Below are positions 1-10,248 of a DNA stretch of 36,674 nt, one piece after another. A program made the translations under genes and the position numbers. Numbering within the stretch: the stretch's first letter is position 1; the number at the start of each line of letters is the position of its first letter. This DNA is from Hydrurus foetidus (taxonomy: Eukaryota): positions 1-36,674 of the forward strand of contig UYFQ01000742.1 in assembly GCA_900617105.1 (NCBI GenBank). The letters are read 5' to 3'. Below the pieces are notes generated by a model. It had not been told where the DNA came from, made no database searches, and saw nothing but the letters and a program-made list of their open reading frames with translations.

Positions 1-3000
1 AAGTTGAGTACTGTCTCAATCTTTTCTTTCGACATGGATAAACCATCTTTGTCGATGACTCGTCCAACGTATTCGATACGCTTAAGACCGAATCGGCATT
101 TCTTTGCTTTGAGTTTAAGATTTTTAAGTCTAAATCTCTCAAAGACTTTCCTCAAGTTCAAAAGAAACTCTGCTTCGCCCCGGCCATATACAATGCAATC
201 ATCGAGATACATCTCGCAACAGCTGTATATAAGACCGTGAAGGACCGTTGTCACCATCTGCTCTTGAAAGTAAGAGGGGCACGACAAGGGCCAAAAGGCA
301 ATCTTGTGAATTGAAACACCCCCATGAAACATATAAATGCCGTATAGATTCGGTGGGGTGTATATAAGGGAGCTTGATGGTAACCCGCGGTTAAATCCAT
401 CACCCCATAAATATCCGGTTTTCGATTACCGATCCTCTCAAAGAGGTGTTTGATATTTGGTAGTGGAAAGGAGGCCGGCTCAATGCATTCATTGAGTGCG
501 CGATAATCGATGCAGGTTCGATATGTATCGGCTGTCTTATTTACCATTACAGGATGACTGTAGTATGCAGCGTTCGACCTCTCGATCACACCATCTTCCA
601 ACATCTCTTCGATAGAAGTGCGGAGATAATGTTCCTTTTAGAGGATTGGGGTCGCACGGGTGCGTGGTTCGATGGAACCTCCCATTTCTGCCGTGGCAGG
701 TTTATCTCAAACGGCTTGAGGTCAGCAGCTTGCGGAGCTAGCTTATCACTGAATATATCAGCGAATTCAGAACAGAGAGTACGGAGATCCTTTTGAAGGC
801 TTTCATCTCATTCAAAATGAATCTGAGACAAGAAATCATCCGGCCCGTTGGGCGGTACATTCCGGCACGTCTTGTCACGCAAGAAAGGTGCGAAGGTATC
901 AGTTTTATCATCGTCAATCTCGTCAACGGAGAGTGCGACACCGCTTGGCCATATGGCTTCCGCGACATAGTCTGATGTAACTGTGTCCCCAGAGGTATGT
1001 GTGAGGATGGGAATCGAGTCACCATCTAGGTGCGGGGTATCACCCGTACGTTTCGCGAGTACAGTCGAGACACTGTCCAGTCGCTGACAACCCACATCAC
1101 CAAATGGACTTTGGGTAGCTACTCCCTTGGTACCATCCTGGGTAACGTTACACGTGAACGTTGTATGACAATCTGACCCCACGACTTCCTTGGTTAGAGG
1201 TGCGTGCAGAATGGCCTTCTTAGGTGTTGGCATTGGGCAGAGACCGTATGGTTCTCTCCGATCCGAAAGTCTTGCTTTTGTGATACCCTTTAACATATCG
1301 TATGTAGGTGTAATCGACTCCACTTCCGGTTCTTCGGGTATAAAACCCTCAGATATCATACGTCTGGTGTACTTGTGCCAGTGAAGCGGGTCAAGCTTGG
1401 CTATCGCTTCCCTTTCTTCAAACTCGAGCCAACGAGCATCACGCTTCCTTTTGTTCTCGGCACTAAGCTCGGGAGAAATACCAAAAGCGAAAGGTGTTAA
1501 TGACATAAAATCATATTTATTTACAGTTTTCGACTTAGTAAAAGTTCAATGTCTGTGTTCCTATTAACCCGCATCGTTAAAGGGATGGTATGACATTCGC
1601 CGTCATAAGAATGAAATTTAAGAATTAAATCAATCATTTCGTTATTTATATAGCACTGGCCATCGAGACCAGAGCAAACAGTAATGGGTTTAGAAGCTTT
1701 ATAACAGTCATGTTTAGCATTCAACTTATCAATCATCGTGAAAGAAATAAAATCCTCGGAGTAATTGGCGGTATCGAGTACGGCCTTGCCCACAATGCGT
1801 CGTACGTTAGATTGGCGCTCCTTATCCTTATCCTGTATCAAAACCGTTACGTTGAGATGGTCAGAAGGTAGAATTGATGGATCATGCAAAAATTCATCGG
1901 GAATAAATGCTGGAATGACCGATGCAGTAATGCATGATACTGAATGTTCCATGTCAGTGACATCAGATGAATCGACATCAGGATCATATGTACCTTGTTG
2001 GTTTGCAGAGCCGTTGCTCGCGTTGTTATCCCCTTGGGGTGGGTTGTATCGACCCCCTCGAGGGTTTTTACCTTGATACCCTCTGCCACCACCTTGGTTG
2101 CCCGTAGGACCGGGGTTCCCTTGGTTGCGGTTTTGGTTACTTTGGTTTCCGTAACCTTGGTTGTTTTGGTTTCCGGAACCTTGGTTCTGGTTACCTTGGT
2201 TTTGATTCCCGCGGTTTCCCGAACCTTGGTTTTGGTTTCCCTGGTTTGGGTTGAACCCTTTACCTCCACCCTGGTTACCCTTGTGCTTCTTGTTATTGCA
2301 CATCAAGTAAGGGGGTGCCCCTGCAGGGTGGAATCTCTCCCTGGTTTCGAACCCAGGTAGGATGAGTCTTTCCTGCCACATAACTTCCCCTTGTGCCAGC
2401 CATGCCTTACCTACAAACGAATCAGACCAGTTACAGCCGTGATCGTTGTTGGTATCGGAATAGTACATGACTGTACAATCTGATAGAATATGTGCAGGGT
2501 TTCCGCATGAGCGACAAACCCGGGCAGCGGACACTAACGGTTCGTCAAGTGTCGAACGTACCGCTAGGTTGCTACTCCCACTTGGGATATCTACATCACG
2601 GATAGCCAGTGTGCTCGCCCGCTTTTTAGTAGAGCGGGGAGGAGGGACTGCTGTACTCGGAAACGAGTAGACAATGTCAGGGTTGCCATAACTCCTGCTC
2701 ATGTGAATTGCGTCGCGAGCCGCCGTGACGACCGCGATAATGCGCAACATGGCGACTTCCCACGTCTTGGGGACTCATTGTCACGTGCTTTGTGAGCGAC
2801 GTAATCACCCAAGATTCGGCTCCCTCGAGGGAGTCGTTTCTCAAGAATCGCTATCAACTCGGCATGCTGAGATGCGGTGATATGACGGACACGTTCGTGA
2901 TCCGTGGCGATCTCTTTGTACGCCATGTACGTTACTAACTCTTCCTCATCGGAGGAAAGAGAATAGTGGAAGGGGACCTTAGCAAACAGTTCTGCTAAGG

Positions 3001-3415
3001 TATGATCCCCTTGTTTGTTCTTGCAAAAGTATTGCATTACCAACTTGCCAACACTCTCTATCGGAAGGAGGTTTTGCCAATTAAGGCGTTGCTCGTTGGT
3101 AATAACTGCCAGTGTCGACTGATCAGTTAAGATTTTAACATGAAGCAAATCGATTGCTTGACGTTGCATGCATTGTTTAATATGCAAGTGAGGTAAGCGT
3201 TGTGCTTGCTCATAGAATTCTTCAGCATCCTGCGGAGTAATATAATCTCCCCGTAGGATGAATATCTCACGCTGGATCTGAAGCGTCTGGGGAAACCCCA
3301 TGCTTGACGATTGTGAGCTTTGTGAGATGTTAAGGATGTTTCCTTCCTCATCAACCTCATGCTCGTTGTCTGGCTCATTTGGCTCAGGCTCAGGATGTAG
3401 ACCCTCGTCTTCCAT
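1..3415 (-). pseudogene. Gypsy gag-pol (CCHC knuckle, aspartic protease, reverse transcriptase) with frameshifts and a stop
   Basis: CRSCGNPAHILSDC zinc knuckle; AVLDTANYS protease motif (DTA at 1767-1775); RT motifs RTCIDYRALN, MDLTAGYHQ, RLPFG and YLDD (198-209, reached after a frameshift in the G run at 276-279). Further frameshifts near 637, 1521 and 2760, and an in-frame TGA at 808-810. Confidence 0.92.
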
Positions 3416-4187
3416 CTCCTATCGTAGGATGAGCAGTCGATATAAATCGAGTTGTATCGAAGCAAGGACGAGCTTTCCTCGTCAAAAAATTTTGCGAGAG
3501 CTTCGCCTCGTTCGCGTATCGAGTACTTTACGCAAGTAACAGCGAATGAGATGATTTCAACCCACTCTTGTCGAGAAAAATTCTATGGCGTCGAAGCCGA
3601 ATTTTGGGTGATAAAATTTTGGTGTCCTGTTAAGGATGAAGGAAGAACTTCCTGTCGACCAAAAGACGTCCTTAGACTAATCTGATGTCTCTAGCAGTGG
3701 AACCGGTGTCCAAATTGCCAGTGGAGAACTCCTTAATTTCGAGTTGGGAAGCCTCTCGCGACTTCGACCAAAAACGAACTTTTGAAAACACCTTTCGGAG
3801 GGTTTCAAGCAGGAAGCGGCTATGCCAAACTCCTGTAAACTTAAACTAAGTTCTCGGAGCTTCGGGCTCAGCGAGAAAACGACTCCTCGGAAGTCGTGGA
3901 GTGAATATACTCCTTTGGAAGTCTATCTAAAGTTTGGGACGAGTAGATGGGTAGAAAAGAAGAGAAGGAGGATGAGCGGCAATAGCGCTATTATGGCTCG
4001 GGATGGGAAAGGAAGAGGCGGAAGACTAGAGGAGGTAGTTAGTTACAGCAGGAAGCTAGAAGCTAGGGTTAACTTCTACGTGGAGGCTGTAAGTGGCTAC
4101 GACGATACAACAGACTGTAGTGTACGGTGGGTAGTGTACCGTAGTACTATCCGGTAGGATCGGGACCTTGGACCCGGAACTACCACA
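1..4187 (-). mobile_element. Ty3/Gypsy LTR retrotransposon, 5' portion (runs off the left edge); decayed
   Basis: gag-protease-RT order on the minus strand. The 5' terminus is inferred at TGTGGTAG (4187), where the adjacent ORF abruptly changes character (KKARL|CGSS). The inner LTR boundary and PBS were not identified. Confidence 0.85.
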
Positions 4188-5085
4188 CAGTCGTGCTTTT
4201 TTCCTTGCAGCTGAAACTTTCTTGTTGTAAGCTGTTGTTTTATTCCAATCTAATGGAATGTCTTTGTCAGCAAGGCAGAACAGGAATTCCTTGTAATCTT
4301 GTTGTGCTCTTCGAGAGAAGTCTGATAATTTTCTTCCTAATTTTGTTTTGTGCATATTTTGCAAACTGTATCCGACCAGTGTCTGCTTTTTAAGGATGCA
4401 TTAAGTTTCCATCAGCCAGAGAATATTGGATTCGACATTGACTTGTCAATTTTGATATGTATTGCTTACCAGTAGATCGTCATTAAGCTTTCGCACTCAC
4501 AGAGTCTCATTGTTCAACTGTATTATTGAAACTTTCGCGTCAGGAAGTGCGTCGACTATGTTGATGGCGCGTCTGTAATCAAAAGTTCCATGGATTAGCT
4601 CATTTGAAACGATTTTTATATAGCTGCTGATCGACTTACAGCAATTTGATGAGGTCGAATTTGTCATTGTTTCTGCGGAATTTCTCAACAGCGTATTGAT
4701 TGAACATTATTCTTTCTCCAAGACATGTTTTGTACGTCGGCTTCGCTTCAATAAAACTCTGGAAAAAGTACACGTTTGTCTGAAGCTTGCTGATCAGAGC
4801 CTCTTTCTGAGCTTCAGATGTGTAGAGGCCACGGAACATCTGCGTGTAAAGTTGGCATTTGCCATACGATTCAACGCATAGCATAAGCTGTTCGAACTTA
4901 ATTGCTCCACCGACGAGATCCATGAATTGTTTTGGCGGTTGACGAGTTTCATAAAGCACAACATGCCCGGTTGTGTCACGTGGTAAGTCATCGTCTTCCG
5001 ACCCAGCTAATGTGTCGACTGACGCATTATCACATGGCTCTTCGTCCTGCTGTTCAAGCAATCGTTTTGTGCGAGTTTCCACCAT
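4188..5085 (-). CDS. Hypothetical intron-containing gene, 3' end interrupted by the Gypsy insertion
   Basis: Long first exon from ATG 5085 (MVETRTKRLLEQ...), followed by GT donor-like sites and further open segments (e.g. 4364-4188). Exact splicing is unresolved and no family motif was recognised. Confidence 0.45.
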
Positions 5086-5355
5086 TGTCAGGGTTTTTGT
5101 GCAATCGCTTTCTCTCAATTGTTAGCCGATGTCTTATGAGGTTTGATCTGATTGCACGTTGCTCAGTGTTCAGTATACTCGAAAAATTACCAAAAATCTG
5201 TTCGCAGTGTATACAATTTTTTCTTAATTAACGAAATACGAGTTTACTGGCGGTACGCTGTACAGTGAGACAGACAATGTAATAAGGTTATTATACGCTA
5301 GCTATACTGTGTAGTTTATTATTAAAATTCAAATATGAAGACGTTGAAAGTTACG

Positions 5356-6669
5356 TCAACAACTTTCATAAGTTGTCCAAATACTTTCTGCATGATCCAG
5401 AAAGATCAAAAACTCTTCTCTGATCTCATCTGACCATTGATGAAGCAGTGTCTGGATTCTTTCGCTATTGATATCGATACGTATGATACGTCTTTTCACC
5501 TAAAATAATAGATGATAATTGATTAAAAGGTTTTGCAATGTATTGTTAGAGTGGTATTCATTATTCAACCTTGTTTGTTACTGGCAATGTAACAAGTTCC
5601 TCTAATTGACTGTCTGTTCCGGCATTTGATAAACTCCCCATGCTAACACCTGACCTGTCCTACAACATTAGTTAAAATCATTTTACTTTACTTTTATTTT
5701 ATAGCTTATCATATTATGATATGGTGACTTACGTTGTATGAGGCTTTGAAGTTTCTCAACAATCTCTGCACAACAGTAGCACCTTTTGCACCATTATTGG
5801 GCGTGACTGGTTTTCCACGAACATCTGTGGTTATTCTTACTCGTTTGGTACTGGCAACTTCCGAAGTGACCACCTTTGCTATGACGCGTTTTTTCTCTGG
5901 AAACAGCACTGAAAGGTAACTTTTGTAATCTGTTACTCTACGTCTACACCAGTTGTATAGCTTTTTACACAACGAACGCTTGTCGCCGCTTTCTGCCCGA
6001 AAGTACATACCAATAACCTTCTATAGTTAAAAGTAAACGATAAGCCAATAAGCGCAAGAAGTCAACGATTAATTAGTGTTACTTACCATGTCATTTTTGT
6101 GAACCTCGTTTATCGATCTATAACCGTCAGTCCAAGGTATCTGAACTGATGAATCAGCTTGATAGTTATCTGGGTCGTTATTTTCGTGCAGTATCCTGTC
6201 GTAACTGTCAACAGTTGTTGTTTGTTAATGACTATTCGACACAATGCATAGTCAAGTTTACTCACAATATGCTCTCAACATCGACAGTATGTCTTCCAAG
6301 TAGCTTTTCGACCATATATTCTCTGTAGTACCATGGAGAGTTTCGGAAATGATGTGAAGTTTTCAGAAAGTCCCAAAACATACGGCAGTCATCTACGGAA
6401 TGCGCCAAGTCAAACGTTCTCTGACGAACAGCTTCCCGTATTTTGGCAGCTTCCGTAGCAGATTTTTCTCGGCTGATGTTGTAAGTGTCCTTCCAAGACA
6501 GAAGTCTCGCATAATTTGATGCACCACCAACTTTATTTAAAGTTGATGATGTCGATAATAACTGATCAACTTTTTCCACGTATGCCTCATACTCCTTCGT
6601 GTACATGGAGCTCACAATGTCGAAAATGTCCTCGTCGAAATCAGCGTCAAGCTCAAAGCTATCTAGCAT
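5356..6669 (-). CDS. Hypothetical multi-exon gene
   Basis: Exons 6669-6266, 6204-6087 and 6020-5733 join in frame across GTRAGT...AG introns. Further exons lie near 5659-5570 and below 5500; the 3' end and true start are uncertain. Confidence 0.55.
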
Positions 6670-7180
6670 ACTAGTTCAACGTTACCCGAACTGCAGCAGA
6701 TCGTGTGCCTTTAACTTTGAACCTGCTCGGTACTTTGTATTTTAGACATAGAGTATTCGATGCTGACAGCGACTATCTTGTGTCGAGAATCTACTGTTTA
6801 TCTCAACAGTTAACAGTATAGATGCAAACCGTATATATCTGGTGTCAGTTACACTTATATTGCAGACCTCCCCTACATATTCTCCGGGCAGATGTCGCAC
6901 GGTCTTAGGTACGTATATTGGAGTACGTGAATTTAATTGACTCCATTCGTCTATTTAGACGAATGACACATACGATTGGTTGATATTCATCATTGTCATC
7001 GTAACTTGCAGTAGATAATCGTCAGCTTTTTTCAGTTAGAGGATCAGTTACTGAAATACCGAAGAAATGACGGTATATTCGACATACAAATGACGTCGTA
7101 TACTGAACTCACGATTGACTTATAGCTTCTATAATATAGCTTGACCACAATTGAATCCATAGTTGATCGCAGTGCAAACA

Positions 7181-8123
7181 ATGGGGAAATCTCCATTATC
7201 CAAACCAACAAAAGCGGAGAAATCGATGAGCTCCAGAGAAGCATCTGATCGAGAAGCAGCTGAGAAAAGTCAACGACCCGACAACATCGTCTACGCTTTG
7301 GACGATGAAGACTTCGTGAAAGCAGAGGAAGATGAAGTTGATATAATCACTCCACTTGACGAACTAGTATATGAAGACTCAGTTGACGATCGAGTATATG
7401 ACGACAAATTAAAGAGAACTTTCATTGTAAAAAGCATCAGTCCTGTTGACATCAAGAAAATTCTCGGAACTGAAAGATCTGAGGCAGTGCTGAACATTTA
7501 CATTGTCGATCCAACGGGTGTACTCCGAACAATTGTTGTTTGGGGCGATCAAGCATTCCTTGTTGAAAAGTGGTTTCGGTACGTTTTAGTTCCATGCTGA
7601 CGATAATTCATGTTGACAATTGACATGCTAATCTACAGTTCATGAGTCTGTAGGGCCAACGAATCCAAGAAAAAAGTCCCAACAACCTTTCTACTTCCTG
7701 ATTCCTCGGAGTTGACAACGACAGGGCCACTCTACATTCACACTGATGCCTCCAAATTTCTCCAGGTAAATCATAATTAACCGAATTCGCAACATTGAAG
7801 CAAAGGTTTAACTTTCAACTCAAAATTCGTAGTTTGTCCTCAAGCCGGCCAATCCCTCCCAAGCACTTTACCACGAAGTCTCGGAGATCTACTCATTAAC
7901 CACTCTTATCTCGAATCCACGTCGGGCCCAGTTATCGCTTTGTCACCTTGCGTTGCCCCAAGTAATCGAGTGGCCGTCGTACCAGTACTACACATATAGG
8001 GGTGAATATCTAAAACAACCACAACATTGGTATACTCCGCCTCCTGTAGCGTTCACAGAGGCCGAATTTGACTTCTCCGGAAAGAGCCCGGTGAAACCAT
8101 TCAGACCAAGGAGAATTCCGTAA
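7181..8123 (+). CDS. RPA70-like OB-fold ssDNA-binding protein (3 exons, 266 aa)
   Basis: Exons 7181-7578, 7654-7765 and 7833-8123 splice (GT-AG) into an uninterrupted frame ending at TAA 8121-8123. IVDPTGVLRTIVVWGDQA and FVLKPAN resemble the RPA OB-fold D-x-TG...WG-x-x-A and vKPAN signatures. Confidence 0.65.
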
Positions 8124-8697
8124 TGCTAACACGACATCAGCAAGTAGCTATACCAATTAGCTGTAGCTTGACCCTTTAACCTTGAATTAACAAGCGATTT
8201 GTAGAACAGTCTAATTAATTGCGTATTCAATTCGGGAATTTCCGTTAATCATAATTATACTGCGCAGTGTGACGCCTGTTAAAATATGATGAATATATTT
8301 GTGCCCTGTATTTTGAAAAAACGTAATCCTCAAACCGTTTTAAGTAAGGCAAATCGCAATTGAATATAATCTCCTTTCAACTTTCACAACATCATATGGT
8401 GCGGACAACGCATTAATCGCGAAGCTGTTTAGCCACATATATGGTATCGTATTCAAATTGTTTGCTACTGTAAAAAAAACAGCTGTTATTTCAAATCTGA
8501 GCAACACCGACATTAGGTTAATCGAAACATGATCGAAAAGAGATTTTTTTCGCAAAATGAACCAGCTGTATTGAAGTTATTAAATTTTTGCAGCTGCAGC
8601 AGTCACAAAAGATGATAATAAGCTGATTTGATGCTATTTAAGATAATTTAGTACTAATTGAAATAATTTCAAAACGTGGACTCGTCAGATCCGACCG

Positions 8698-8957
8698 TCG
8701 ATGGCTGCAACATCTCAAGTCGCAGATCTCGCAGCAATCAATATACCGGTGAATGCCACGTAGACCACAAATCAGCCACGCCATCTCCAAGCGGCCACTG
8801 CAAGCTCGAATCGTTGAGCTTACGGCTTTATCGATTGCTGCACATCTCAAGTCGCAGAAATCGCAGCAATCAATATATCGATGGACGCCACGTAGTCCAC
8901 AAATCAACCACGGCATCTTCAAGCCTCCACTGCAAGCTCGAATTGTTGAGGTTACGG
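8698..8957 (+). repeat. Two-copy diverged tandem repeat, period about 132 bp (44 codons)
   Basis: Copies start at 8698 and 8831 and share CATCTCAAGTCGCAG...CCACTGCAAGCTCGAAT. Confidence 0.9.
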
Positions 8958-9502
8958 ATTCATCTTTCTTCGTCAGGAAATTTGGCCGCCGGCGCAATTT
9001 GACATGCCACGATTCAAGAAGCTGAAAAAACACGACGGGTCAACTCCACTGAAAGCGCCAACAAAAGCTCTCCGGAAACTCACTAACACGCCACAAAAGC
9101 TAAGTAAGTTCAACTTGACCCGGTTGCTAGATTCAAATGTCGCCAAATGTCGCCAAAAACTTATCCAATGAACTTCTGAACTATTGGCAATTAACCATCA
9201 GTTAAGCTTGCGAAACCAGAGATTTCAATGGCACTGGTGACAAAGCCCAAGCGACAGTCGAGTGGTAAGATCCTTTTGATTTCAATATCTGAATTAAATC
9301 CTCGACTATCAAATGCATCAACCTCCGGGAAACAGGCATAACTCCATCAGCAACAATTGCCAAACCAAACGCAAAATTGGCACGAGCGTCAAAATCAGAG
9401 CCAACCACAAGCGGTAGGTTACACTCCATACTTATGCATGCTGCTTTCAAACGTAACTGACTTCAACAACCTACCGTCTGTCAATGCTTTATCAACTGTT
9501 CG

Positions 9503-10248
9503 ATGATCCCGGCTTTTATTACTCCAATTTGTGAACCAATAGTGAGCCCAAGTCATGAAGTAATCACCCAACGACCTGCAACGTGGAAGGCATCTGAAAA
9601 TCTATGCATGCTCAGCGCGATGTTCAGTCTTATGAACGAAGACCAGAAAAACTTAGTAACGGTGAGTTCGGACCATATGAAATCTTAACAGCTAGAGTTG
9701 ATTTTAACAAGTTCAATATTATATTACAGATGAACCAAACCATGGATGTTAGGGAAATGTTTATGGCAGCAGTTGGTGAACAGGGCAGAAACTTCGTTAG
9801 GGGAACAACATCTACCGATACCCACAGATTTTTCAGACATGTATCTAAGATGCATTTTGAGGCGACAGGATTGTTAGTTGTCTACAAATTCAAGCAGCTA
9901 GGGTTCAACAACGATTGGGACATGCATTCAATCGAATCAAATTTATGTAGGCCAGGGAAATATGTATTCTTCGGAGCAACACGTAAAAATAATGATACTC
10001 ACAAACGTTTGCTAACATCTATAACTGCGCAACACTCAGATTCCGATAAGTTAGACACATGGATAAAGGGAAAGCAAATTCTAAATGACCATGCGATTGG
10101 TGTCGATGTTGACACCAATATGAATGGCACTATATATGACAATGGGTGTACTGCCGGTGAAAAAAATTTTTCAATACAAAATTTAGCAACACGTATGCGA
10201 TGGATGAATCAATGTTTTCTTATGGATCTTTATGTCATAAAGAGTTAA
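9503..10248 (+). CDS. Putative papain-fold cysteine protease-like protein (C39/Josephin-like Cys-His-Asp); N-terminal extent uncertain
   Basis: A phase-0 intron at 9662-9729 (GTGAGT...TTACAG) joins ENLCMLSAMFSL to the frame containing NDHAIGVDV and TIYDNG. Stop TAA at 10246-10248. Confidence 0.5.

Noticed and set aside
1765..2360. Plus-strand and alternative-frame ORFs over Gypsy gag
   Set aside because: Shadow ORFs caused by the low-complexity coding repeat on the minus strand.
3981..3992. Perfect 12-bp palindrome AATAGCGCTATT in the Gypsy leader as a dimerisation signal
   Set aside because: A single palindrome of this length is expected by chance in 36 kb and there is no comparative support.
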